From Felis catus (taxonomy: Eukaryota), in assembly GCF_018350175.1 (NCBI RefSeq), contig NC_058368.1, positions 185,320,001 to 185,384,000 of the forward strand: 64,000 bases of DNA, in the 5' to 3' direction. The notes beneath the pieces are model-generated. The model made no database searches, was not told where the DNA came from, and saw only the letters and a list, made by a program, of their open reading frames with translations. The first letter of the stretch is position 1. Each line of letters opens with the position of its first letter. The translations under genes and the position numbers were made by a program. Shown here one piece after another: positions 1 through 12,022 of the stretch.

Positions 1-331
1 TTTGGAGGTCTAATTTCAAATATAATAGATTTAAAACTGCACATATTGATTATCCTGATAGTAGATAATAAAAGAGGTGTTTGACCTGTGGTATGTCTGT
101 GTTTGCTGCTTCTTAGCAACAAATGTGAATGAATATGCATATATATGTATGTTTATACACACTTTTTGACACATAAAATAACCATATTAAAGGTTTATTA
201 TTATGTCTACTAAAAAAGCCATTGCTAACTAATTTTATATTTCCTGAGTATTTCAGATAGTCAACTAGATGCAATGTTAACAGTGTCCCTTGCTTAGGAA
301 TCCTAGAAGTTTTAAAATCATTTTTGTGAGA

Positions 332-531
332 GGGGCACCTGGATGGCCCAGTCTGTTAAACGCCTGACTTCAGCTCAGGTCATGATCTCACAGTTCAAGG
401 GTTCGAGCCCCACATCATGCTCTGTGCTGACACCTCAGAGCCTGGAGCCTGCTTTGGCTTCTGTGTCTTCCTGTCTGTCTGCTCCTCCCCCACTCATGTT
501 CTGTCTCTCAAAAATAAATCAACATTGAAAG
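332..531 (+). mobile_element. Can-SINE (SINEC, feliform type)
   Basis: GGGGCACCTGG head, A/B-box-like region, CT-rich segment and A tail; TSD aaaatcatttttgt(g/a)agag at 314-332 and 532-550. Confidence 0.95.
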
Positions 532-1399
532 AAAATCATTTTTGTAAGAGCATGAAAGTATATTTATCACATAAATTCTGGTAGAAGAGCTTGTATAGGC
601 CACATGGAACGTGATCTGGCCTGTGAGAGTACTCTTAACACCAGTTCTTACTGTTTGGCAAATAGGCACAATTGTCCAAAAGAGAATGAAAGACCTCTTG
701 GGAGACATGGATTTGTCTCCTTCATTTGAGTCTATTTTCAGGCCCAAGAGCTTATGTTTAGAAATGTTTCTAAATGCCAATTAGCTTTATTCAGTTGACA
801 TATGACTTCTGGGAGTCTGAGATGAGAAACAGTGAAAAATGCCAGTGAGCTTTATCCAGGGAGCTCTCTTGTCAGGACGATGAACAACACATATCCCAAC
901 CAACCAGCTCATACGTGTTTTCTCTTCTTGGCAAAAGAGGGCACATAAGGTTGCGTGGTTGAAGTAATATCATTGCTCTAAGCAAAGAGAAATGTTTCAT
1001 GGTTTGTATTTTGTCCACACTGGATTGACACAGAATCAGCTTATGCTTTGGGCAGAGCACATTTGAATGCTTATCAGGCATTTTAATACTTTCATATCAC
1101 ACAATGAAAGACGTCATTCATTCAACAAGTGTTTGATAAGCACCCACTGAATGAAAGGCATGGAAATAAGCAGAGATGAATGAGCTGGATGTATCTTCTT
1201 CCATCATGATTCAGTTACTAAGTACTGTATGGTTCTTCACCTGGCTGTGCCTTGTCTCTCTCTCTCAAGATAAAATGTTTCTTAAAGTCAGAGAGCCTGC
1301 TCTATAACATTTAGTCCCTTATAATATTTGCATTGTTGGACATGCTCCATATATGTTTCAAAATAGGCTATGAGTATATAAAAGTAATATTGTGTACTC

Positions 1400-1560
1400 A
1401 AAAACCCAAGCTTTAGAATTAGGCCTGGGTTTGAATTAGCTTCTATATTTGGTATCTTTGTGAGTTTGGAAATAAACCTTATCCTATCTGAACCTTAATT
1501 TCTTCATGTGTACAATGAAGATAATGATGCATCTCTTGCAGTGTTCTTGTAAGACTTAGC
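1400..1560 (+). mobile_element. MIR (ancient SINE) fragment
   Basis: cctgggtttgaat...ctgaaccttaatttcttcatgtgtacaatgaagataat resembles the MIR core. Confidence 0.65.
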
Positions 1561-1953
1561 ATACTCATGTCTCCTCAGTATATGATAACTCATTGAACTA
1601 ATTTTATTAATTTGAATGAATAATGTTATTTGTATATTTTTATTTTCAGAGGAGACTTTTTTCTGGGACTTTGGAACTAAGTGTTTTTGATTGAGAACAT
1701 TCCTTTTCAGATTTTATAAAAAGTAAAAAAGTAAATTATAAGCTTTGTAATAATAATGAGAGAAATAATCTATGCCTTTGCCTCCAGCCTAACATAAATG
1801 ATGTTTGCAGTTTGGGAAGCACTTTTTCATATCTATTCTAAAAAAAGGCTTATGTACATATTATAGAGTGATTTTGATTAATATTTTAAAATAGAATCAT
1901 TTTTTAATTTCTTGTTTCACTTAACAGTATAACTTGAAAATGTTTCATATGTA

Positions 1954-2169
1954 GGGGCGCCTGGGTGGCTCTGTCGGTTAGGTGTCCAACTTTGGCTCAG
2001 GTCATGATCTCACGGTTCGTGGGCTCGAGCCCCGCATTGGGCTCTGTGCTAATATCTAGAGCCTGGAGTCTGCTTTGGATTCTGTGTCTCCTTCTCTCTC
2101 TGCCCCTCCTCTGCTCACTCTCTCTCTCTCTCTCAAAAATAAATAAACATTAAAAACAATTTAAAAAAA
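1954..2169 (+). mobile_element. Can-SINE
   Basis: GGGGCGCCTGGGTGGCT head, (CT)n, A tail; perfect TSD gaaaatgtttcatatgta at 1936-1953 and 2170-2187. Confidence 0.97.
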
Positions 2170-3016
2170 GAAAATGTTTCATATGTATATATATAAAATA
2201 TTTTTTATAGCTGTATTATATCCTGGAATGTATTCATATATTCTTCTGTAGGAGAATAAAGAATTTTCCTTTGCTCTTTCAAGTGCTGCTGCTATAAATC
2301 ATAATCAGATCATATTAAATACTTCTCCATTTTGTCAAAACAAAATCAAGTCACTAAAGCTGGGGTGTGTGTGTGGTGGGGAAAAGTGTCTTTAATGTGC
2401 TAATGCTGATGGCCATGATATTAACAACACCCTCATTTTTAGCAATAACCATTAGAGTTAATGATGTTGCTGAATTACAATGAGTTTTTGGTAGACAAAT
2501 GCATACACAAGTAGATAGCTTAATCAGTACCTAGAGTCTATTAATCAAATTCATATACACTGCTTTAAAAATTAATGACAAGATTTGAGCTTCTAACTCC
2601 TAAGGATATCATTAAACACGGTTGTTTGGAATGAATGTTGATGAATGCACTTTGTTAATTGAGTTTATTTAAAGGTACCTATGCTCCAAGTGCATTATCA
2701 TTATCATCATATTAAATGACATGAATGCAATCAATGTCAAAGGTATACATTCAGGTGATTCATATTTTATGCATTATGGCTACTCCAGTATTTTTATTTT
2801 ACTTGTTTTTGCCCTTTAGTTTCATAATATATCAGTGAATTTTTTAAGATTTAGCAGTAATATTTTGTCATCTGTGACAGACCTCGGTTTGAGATGAGAA
2901 GAAGCCAGATTCACATGGCTGCCTCACTTGAGGACACACACTGTCTGTCTTGGTCTCTGCAAGTTACTCATCCTTTGTTACTTTACAGAATAGAGAGAGA
3001 CTTTAGCAGTTTTAAG

Positions 3017-3770
3017 GCAGCTTTATTGAGGTATAATTGACATACTATAATCTGCATTTATTTATTTATATATTTATTTAATTTTTTAATTTTCACATAT
3101 TTAAAGTGCAGTTTGAAAATGTTTCATACATATATATGGAAACATCACAGTTACAATGACAGAGTATATACATGATCCCTAGAAGTTTATTTGTGTGTCT
3201 TTGTACTCGCTCTATTCCCCATTCTTTGGTTGTCTCAGGTAGCCACTGGTCTACTTTGCTTAACCATAGATTAGTTTTCATTTTCTATAATTTTGTATAA
3301 ATGGAATAATACAATATGTAATTATTTTGTCTGGGTTTTTATAATCTGCATAATTATTTTTGGTTTTGATCATATTTTGGTTTGTTGTATCAAGAATAAT
3401 CCCTTTATTTGCTAAGTAGTATACCAATGTATGCCTATATCACAGTTGGTTATCCTTTCATCTAGTGATGGGTAATGGGTTGTTTCTAGCTTTGGCCTTA
3501 TTACAAATAATGCTGTTATGATTATTTATATACATATCTTGTCATGAATATGTTTTCAGTTCTCTCAACTGAATTGGGTATGGATTATATGATGGATATA
3601 CGTTTCACTTTCCCAGAAACTATCAAACTAGTTCAACTAGGTTGACCCATTTTTACATTCCCATTAGCGGTGTATGAGAATTCCAATGGCTCCACACCCT
3701 TGCCAACATTTGATATTGTCAGTGTTTTAAATTTTAGCCACTGATAGTTATGTAGTGACATTTGCTATTG
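3017..3770 (-). mobile_element. Old L1M 3' end (L1MB/MC-like)
   Basis: cagctttattgaggtataattgacatac start; later ttttacattcccattagcggtgtatgagaattcc..ccttgccaacattt, typical of antisense L1 3' sequence. Confidence 0.8.
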
Positions 3771-4525
3771 ATCAATAATTAGGACGTGTTGGATTCACCA
3801 CCGACTTTATGTTTGCTTTAAAGATCAGAATCTTCTAATGACATTTAAGGTGGTGGAGGGCGTAGAAAAGATGGATTGTCTTGCAACCCATTTTTTTTTG
3901 TGAAACCAAAACTGCTTTAATAACTATAAATTTCAGATGTGTAAAAAATTATAAATATGTAGTATAAAAATGAGACTATAGACTAACATCTAAATATTGA
4001 CCAAATATTAAAAAATGGTTCAGAACTGTGTCAAAGAGTAATACACCATTAAGAAGTAGAGTTTAAGTAATGCAAGTTTAATTTAATATCCAGAAATAAA
4101 TATTAATTATGAAAACACACGAAAATAAATAATTCATGTCAGTAGATAGTGAAAATATACCCGACAAATTCAACAGCTCTATTTATTTTTACCATACAAC
4201 TTCTCTATGTAAGTAAGATATTTAAAAAATACTAATAAAATATGATACAGACTTTTTCTCCAAAAACTAACCCCATAAAAATATAGGCCTTGCAATTAAA
4301 TCATGGTAGTCATACAGCACATTTTATATTGGGTTTGAGGTGTTTTAGAGAAATGAAAAAATTTTTATGTTTCTCAAGTTTTTGAAATTCTGAAAAGGTG
4401 AAATTTGTAAAGAGTTATAAAATTAAGTCAACACTTCTGTTAAAAAAAAAACTATTTGAATTTAATTAGGAGCCAGACAGGTATGTCTATTGTCAACATT
4501 ATTATTCATTGCCTTATAAGTTCTT

Positions 4526-4733
4526 TTTTTTTAATGTTCACTTATTTTTGAGAGAGAGAGAGTCAGAGTGTGAGCTGGGGAAGAGGCAGAGGGAGGGAGC
4601 TACAGAATCCAAAGCAGGCTCCAGGCTTCAAGCTGCCAGGACAGGGCTGGATTCAGGGCTGGAACTCACAAGCCACCAGATCATGACCTGAGCCAAAGTC
4701 GGATGCTTAACCAACTGAGCCACCCAGTTACCT
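4526..4733 (-). mobile_element. Can-SINE
   Basis: Antisense T tail, (GA)n, aagcaggctccaggct...gagccacccag. Confidence 0.92.
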
Positions 4734-5221
4734 CTTGTCACATTAGAAGTTCTTGAACATCAAATGGCTTGCATAAACACTAGAAAACACAAGAATAAAA
4801 TGCTCTATTTTTGCTGATGGATTATGTTTCCATAAAATGCAAGCAACCAGGAAAAAAATTAAAGGCTTTTAGAATCCATCAAAAAATTGGGTAACGTGAA
4901 TGGAGGGAGTAAACATAAACATAAATCAACCAATTTTTTTCTACTGTAGCAATACTTAGAAAAATATAGGTCAATCTGTAGTGGAAATTATTAGTTATAG
5001 CAAAAGTACCCTGAAAAGTACTTAGTAATAAATTTAGGTTAAAGTGATCTAAGATTTATATGAGAAAATCTTTTTTGGAAGTCATAAAATCTGAGTAAAT
5101 AGGAAAATCACATTCTTAGCGGGAAAGGTTTCTTGTAAAAAGATTGATTGTCCCCAGATACACATAAATTTAATGCAATTACAATTAGAATACCACATGG
5201 ACTTTTACTTAAGATGATTTT

Positions 5222-5249
5222 TTAAAAAAATTAAAAATATTTGTTTATT

Positions 5250-5285
<36 letters not shown>

Positions 5286-5458
5286 CAAGTGAGCGGGGGA
5301 AGGGCAGAGAAAGAGGGAGGCACAGAATCTGAAGCAGGCTCCAGGCTCTGAGCTGTCACCACAGAGCCCAAAGCAGAGCTTGAATTCACAACCGTGAGAT
5401 CATGCCCTGAGCCAACGTCGAGTCAGAGGATCAACTGACTGAGCCACCCAGATGCCCC
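5222..5458 (-). mobile_element. Can-SINE
   Basis: Antisense SINEC; TSD tactt(a/g)agatgatttt at 5206-5221 and 5459-5474. Confidence 0.95.
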
Positions 5459-6449
5459 TACTTGAGATGATTTTAAAATTTATATGGAACTATAAACACT
5501 GAAAACACACAAACAGTGAGAGGATAATAAAAAGCCATTCCAATCAAGTCAATGTGGTAGTAGTATGTTGAATAGGCAAATAAATCAGTGGATACAAATA
5601 TATCCCAGAGTATCTGAGAAAGGAGGCCTATGAAATACATATGATATACTGCCGTATGATATACCTGGTAGTTTAATTCAGTGTGGGGATAGGATAGTGT
5701 TGACACCTTCAGAACAGCTCTAGAAAAAAATGAGAGTGGAACTTCTATCTCCTGTTACATTTACAAGTTTATTCTATATGGATTAAAAATTTAAATTTAA
5801 ACAACAGGACAATAAAAGTCCTAAAGGAAAATATAATATACTATGTCTATAACCTCAGGGTAGAAAGACATTCTTAATCAAGGGTAAAAATGTAAAATTA
5901 AAGAATAACAATAGGAAACAAGGTAAAAATATTGCTTAAAGTAGAAACTATTTTTAGCATCTTCATATTATAAAAACATATAAGGAGATAAATTGTAATT
6001 ATAGAACAATAAAATTCAAAATAAAAAAATTAAAAACTAAAAAACATATGAAAGCAGCTTCTTAAAATCTTAGTAATTTTATTTTTGGTAATATTTATTT
6101 AAATTAAAAAAATTTTTTTGACCCCACCATCTTATTTTTGGGAGTTAGTCTTACAGATATACATGTATCTTCAGGTAAGGACATACATGCAAGGATATTG
6201 CTACATTATTCAAAATGCCAAAAAGTGAAAAAAAAAAAGTCCAGTAATAGAAAAATTTTTGAGTTGTTTAATGAAATGTTATGCACCATTAACAAGAAGA
6301 AACTAAAGTTCTGCCATATGAATAGAAAGGATCACTCAAATTATTGTTTAATGAGAAAAAAAGTACAGAAATGCATAATTTATGACCTACATCAGTAGCG
6401 CAGTGACCAATATGCCCCTCCCCATTTTGCACACACACTTGGGAAACCT

Positions 6450-6748
6450 GAGCCTTTCATTCAGAAACATATATTCAGAGTCTACCATATACCATACATT
6501 GTTCTAAAGGCTGGGCAGAGGCACACTGAACAGAAAGATCTCTGCCTTCTTGGAGTTAATATTCAAGAGAGGGAATGGCAATAAAAAATAATAAATATAG
6601 AAGATTCAAAGAATAAGACAGAAATTAGATAATAAAGGGCCTTGTAGGTAATGAGTTTGGAGTTTATTCTCAATGTGATATGAAGTCACTACAGGGTTTT
6701 GTTCAGCAAACTAGCATGAATTGCTTTGTTGTTTTAAAAAATATCTCT
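6450..6748 (-). mobile_element. L2 fragment (left part, split by L1)
   Basis: ttcattcagaaacatatattcagagtctaccatataccatacattgttcta resembles the antisense L2 3' end; continues after the L1 at about 9712. Confidence 0.7.
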
Positions 6749-7705
6749 GTCATCTGATAATAGTGTCAGTTTGACATCTTCCTTGCCTATTTGGATGACT
6801 CTCATTTCTTTTTTGTTGTCTGATTGCTGGGGCTAGGACTTCCAGTAATGTGTTAAATAACATGGTGAGAATGGACATCCTTGTCTTGTTCCTGACTATA
6901 GAAGAAAATCTTTCAGTTTTTCCCCATTGTGGATCATACTAGCTGTGGGTCTTTCGATATGGCCTTTATAATGTTGAGGTATGTTCCATTTATCCCTACA
7001 CTGTTGAGGGTTTTTATCAAGAAAGGATGCTGTATTTTGTCAAATGCTTTTCTGCATCTGTTAATGGGATCATGTCATTTTATATTTTCTTTTATAAATG
7101 TGGTGTATTGCATTGATTGGGTTGCAAATATTGAACCAGTCCTGGAGCCCAGGAATAAATCCCACTTGATTTTGGTGAATAGTTCTTTTAATATACTGTT
7201 GGATTCATATGCTATTATCCTTCTGAGAATTTTTATATCTGTGTTCATCTGTGGTATTGGCTTGCAATTTTTCCTTTTTAGTGGGGTCTTTATCTGGTTT
7301 TGGAATCAAGGTAATGCTGGCCTTGTAAAATGGGTTTGGAAGTTTTCCTTCTATTTGTAATTTTTGGAACAGTTTGAGAATAATTAGTATTAACTCTTCT
7401 TTAAATGTCTGGTAGAATTCCCCTGGTAAGCCATCTGGCCCTGGACTCTTGTTTGTTGGGAGATTTTTGATTACTGATTCAATTTCTTTGCTGGTTATGG
7501 GTTTGTTCAAATTTTCTATTTATTCTTGTTTCAGTTTTGGTAGGCTGTGTATGTTTCAGAATTTATTCATTTCTTCCAGGTTGCCCAGTTTGTTGGCATA
7601 TAATTTTCATAATATTCTCTTGTAATTGTTTGTATTTATGTGGTGTTGGTTTTGGTCTCTTTCACTCATGGTTTTAATTATTTGGGTCCTTCTCTTCTTT
7701 TTGGT
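6749..7705 (-). mobile_element. Inverted 5' segment of a carnivore L1 (ORF2 Z/RT region, disabled)
   Basis: ORF 7205..7510(-) [21 protein letters not shown]...[12 protein letters not shown] is L1 ORF2; the segment ends at the [13 protein letters not shown] codons near 6750. Confidence 0.93.
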
Positions 7706-9711
7706 ACTTCTGTAAAGAAAACCCAAAAATACTCCACCAAAAAATTACTAGAACTGATACATGAATTCAGCAAAGTGGCAAAATATAAAATCAACGTAAA
7801 GAAATCTGTTGCATTTCTATATACCAATAGTGAAGCAGCAGAAAAAAGAAATCAAGGAATCAATCCCATTTGCATTTGCACCAAAAAGCCTAAGATAACT
7901 AGGAATAAACCTAACCAAAGAGGTAAAACATCTTTTGCTGAAAACTATAGAACACTTATGAAAGAAATTGAAGAGGACACAAAGAAATGGCATAATATTC
8001 CGTGGTCATGGATTGGATGAACAAATATTGTTAAAATGTCTATACCCAAAGCAATCCACACATTTAATGCAACCCCTATCAAAATACCACCAGCATTCTT
8101 CACAGAGCTAGAACAAACAATCCTAAAATTTGTAGGGAACCACAAAAGATCCCAAATAGCCAAAGCAATCTTGAAACAGAAAAGCAAAGCTGGAAACATC
8201 ACAGTTGTGGAGTTTAAGCTACATCACAAAGCTATAGTCATCAAGACAGTATGGTACTGGCACAAAAAACAGACACATAGATCAGTGGAACAGTATAGAA
8301 AACCCAGAAATGGACCCACAGCTATATGGTCAACTAATCTTTGACAAAGCAGGAAAGAATATCCAAAGGAAGAAAGACAGTCTCTTCAACAAGTCATGTT
8401 GGGAAAACTGGACAGCCACATGCAAAAGAATGAAACTGGACCACTTCGTTACACTATAATGAATCTGGACCACTTTCTTACACTATACACAAAAAATAAA
8501 TTCAAAATGGATGAAAGACCTAAATGTGAGGCAGGAAACTATCAAAATCCTAGAGGAGAACACAGGCAATAACCTCGTTGACAATACCTGTAGCAACTTC
8601 TTACTAGACACATTGCTGGAGGCAAGGGAAACAAAAGTAGACATAAACTATTGGCACCTCGTAAAGATAAAAAAAAACTTGCATAGTAAAGGAAATAATC
8701 AACAAAAGTAAAAGGCAGCCTACAGAATGTGGGAAGATATTTGCAAATGACATATTGGATAAAGGATTAGTATCTAAAATCTATAAAGAACTCCAACTTA
8801 ACATTCAAAAAATAAATAACCCAGGTAAGAAATGGGCAGATGACAGGAATAGACATTTTTCCAAAGAAGACATCCAGATGGCTAACAGACACGTGAAAAG
8901 AGGCTCAACATCACTCATTATCAGGGAAATACATATCAAAACCATGATGAGATACCACCTCACACCTTTTAGAGGGGCTATAATTAACAACACAGGAAAC
9001 AACAGATGTTGGCAAGGATGCAGAGAAAGGGGAACCCTCTTACACTGTTGGTGAGAATGCAAACTGGTACAGCTATTCTGGAAAACAGTATGGAGTTTCC
9101 TCAGAAAGTTAAAAATAGAACTACCAACAATTGCACTAGTAGGTAATTACTCAAAGGACACAAAAATAAGATTTGTAGGGACACATGGACCCCGACACTT
9201 ATAGCAGCATTATAACGATAGCCAACCTATGGAAAGAGTCCAAATATCCATTGACTGATGAATGGTAAAGAAGAGGTGATATATATACAATGGAATATTA
9301 CTCAGCTGTCAAAGGATGAAGTTTTGCCATTTGCAACAACATGGATGGAGGTAGAGTGTATTATGCTAAGTGAGATAAGTCAGCAGATAAAGACAAATAC
9401 CATGTGATATCACTCATATGTAGAATTTAAGAAACAACAGACAAAAAAAGAGAGAGACGGCAACAACAACAACAACAACAACAAAACAGGGAAGCAAACC
9501 ATAAGAGATTTTTAACTATAGAGAACAAACTGAAGGTTGATTTGATGGAGGGGAGGTGGGTGGAGGGATGAGCTAAATGGGTATTAAGGATGGCACTTGT
9601 GATGAGCACTGAGTGCTATATGTAAGTGATGAATCACTAAATTCTACACCTGAAACCAATTTTACCATATATGTTAACCAACTAGAATTTAAATTTTACA
9701 AAAAAAAATAA
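7706..9711 (+). mobile_element. Sense 3' segment of the same carnivore L1 (ORF2 C-terminal part, 3'UTR, A tail)
   Basis: ORF2 fragments [63 protein letters not shown]; many frameshifts; 3'UTR and A tail near 9700. Confidence 0.95.
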
Positions 9712-10280
9712 AAGATTGCCCTGGAAGCTATTTGGAAAATGGGTTGTGGAAGGAGTAAGAGTACAAACAGTAATCTCTTTCAGAAACTACTGCAGTTTTC
9801 TGGGCAAGAGATGGTGGTAATTTGGATGAGGGTGGCAGCAGAGGAGAGGTAGAGAAGTGGGCATTTTGGGGTAATTTTTTACAGGTAGAACAAACAGGGA
9901 TCATGAGAGGGTTTCATAGAGATGATGAGAATAAGCAAGGGATCTGGGACAACTTGTAGATTTTTAAATTTTTTGTAGATGGTGGCCCTCTTCTTATGCC
10001 AATGGCAAAATTGGCAGAGTAGTGGATTTTATAAGTTGGAATAGCTGAATTTTGGAAGTATCAAGCTTAACATGACTATTAGATACCTATCCAAGTGAAA
10101 AGATGAAATCAGCAATTGAGTGAGTGGATACACACAGCACAGTGGAGCGGACCAAGCTGGAAAAACAAATTTTAGAAGGAATAGTACATATATTGGTTTT
10201 TAGACATATAGGACTAGATGAGAAAATACAGGGGGGGTCAGTGTAAATAAAGACCAAAGCCTGAACTCTTATGGTTGATA
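9712..10280 (-). mobile_element. L2 fragment (right part)
   Basis: Purine-rich L2-like sequence (ctactgcagttttctgggcaagagatggtggtaatttgga...) collinear with 6450-6748. Confidence 0.7.
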
Positions 10281-11161
10281 ACACATCTAAGTTTGTTAAA
10301 ACTGTAAACTTTTATAGTGTTGAACATGGATGATTCACTCTATAATAACGGGAGTTCCATTAAAGTGCATTAAGGTAGGCATATTAATTATTGATAAATT
10401 CCATGTAGATGATTACTTAGTCTTCTGAATAATTAAGGACATGCTTCAGGGCAAGAAATTTCTTTTAATGCTAAGACTAATCCTGTGGTCCTTTGGTATT
10501 CTTAGTGTTTCTTCATAATCAATGTATTAATTACCTTGTGATGATAAAAGATCTGCATAAATGTAATATACTGATACTTCTTAGCATGGAGAAATCTCCA
10601 AGGTTGCATTTTTCAGGTCAGATGAAAATTTAGATAAATTTGGGGATTTGGAAAAATTTTTGGAATTTTAGTCAGAAGATTCTTGAAGGTAGAAGATGTA
10701 TTGTTTTCAGTGGGGAATTGCTCAGAATGAGAAATAAAACATGTTTCTCCCCCTCCCCCTGGATAGCTGGGCTGATTTTCTTTAGCAGGCATGAAAAATA
10801 AATGGACTTTTCCCTCTCTGGGTTGACAGCTCTCTTAGCCTAATGATTGTGTCAGAGTTAAATTTCTTGTGTAACCCACACAAAAATTCTTCCATATAAT
10901 CCAGGGAGAGCTTTTATTTAGAGATTTAGGAATTTCTTAGCAATAGCAACTGTAATTGGAAAAGCCTTAGCTCTAGCTCTTGGGGGAAAAGCAAACATAG
11001 GAGACCGGTTTCTAATATCAGGTAGAATTTAAGTGAGATTTAAAATCTTCATTTGAGAAAAAATTGAAAAGTAAAATGTTCATTTGGGCAAACTGCATGA
11101 GGAAAATTTTTTTGAGTTTTCAAAGCATGGCTACTCTTTTCCCAAAAGTTGTTGCTTTCCT

Positions 11162-11393
11162 TATGTATGTATGTATGTATGTATGTATGTATGTATGTAT
11201 GTATGTTTATTTTTTTGAGAGACAGAGTGCAAGCAGAGGAGAGACAGAGAGAGAGGGAGACACAGAATCTGAAGCAGGCTCCAGGCTCTGAGCTCTCAGC
11301 ATAGAGTCTGATATGGGACTCAAACCCACGAGCTAAGAGATCATGACCTGAGCCGAAGTCGGACGCTTAACCACCTGAGTCACCAAGATGCCC
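11162..11393 (-). mobile_element. Can-SINE with (TATG)n tail microsatellite
   Basis: Antisense SINEC body; (tatg)n at about 11162-11206; flanks tgttgcttt. Confidence 0.93.
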
Positions 11394-11805
11394 TGTTGCT
11401 TTGCTTTCCTTTTAAATATATTTAGTAATATGCATGAACTTGCATGGTAAGATAACTACATGATTATTCTTTACTATTTCAGAAATTTGGTAATTTCTGT
11501 GTGGTAATTTGAATTTACCTCACTTTAGGGAACTTATTCTTCATGAATATCATGTTTCATGGATATAATGCTTAATCTTAAAGAACATTTTTTCCAGTAA
11601 TCTTAAAGCCCTAAATCAGCACATCTTTACTACTGAAAATTAGTAAAATAAAATTCGAATTATTCTTTCGTCTCTATCAAGGAATAGGTAAGACCTCTAT
11701 TAGGTAGTTCTTCTCTATCCTAGTTTGTAGTAAGTACTACAGATAATAAAATAGTAATTATTTTTAAAAGTTCTACAAATGGACATTTTAAAACCAGAAC
11801 TTTTA

Positions 11806-12022
11806 TTTATTAAAAAAGTTTTTTAATGTTTATTTTTGAGAGATAGAGACATAGCATGAGCAGGGGAGGGGCAGAGAGACAGGGAGACACAGAATTTGAA
11901 GCAGGCTCCAGGCTGTGAGCTGTCAGCACAGAGCCCCACACGGGGCTCAAACCCACGAACCATGAGATCATGACCTGATTTGAAGTCGGGCGCTTAACCA
12001 ATCGAGCCACCCAAGTCACCCC
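11806..12022 (-). mobile_element. Can-SINE
   Basis: Antisense SINEC; TSD taaaaccagaactttta at 11789-11805 and 12045-12061. Confidence 0.95.

Larger units (their letters stand above)
4000..6400 (+). mobile_element. Highly decayed ancient L1M (ORF2 to 3' region), interrupted by two SINEs
   Basis: Collinear degraded ORF2 motifs, e.g. ctatttttgctgatg (LFADD-like), aaatttaatgcaattacaattagaatacca, ttttaaaatttatatggaa; A-rich. Confidence 0.65.

Noticed and set aside
343..528. Recurrent 60-90 aa ORFs of the type MAQSVKRLTSAQVMIS... (also at 1965, 13664, 18686, 26670 and others)
   Set aside because: They are translations of Can-SINE bodies, not a gene family
1650..1730. + strand acceptor ttttattttcag at 1649 as a coding exon start
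   Set aside because: Stops in all three frames within 45 nt and no convincing donor
6929..7360. 143-aa hydrophobic ORF (similarly 62519..62875, 63184..63609 and 44389..44634)
   Set aside because: Antisense frames of L1 ORF2, which are commonly open and hydrophobic
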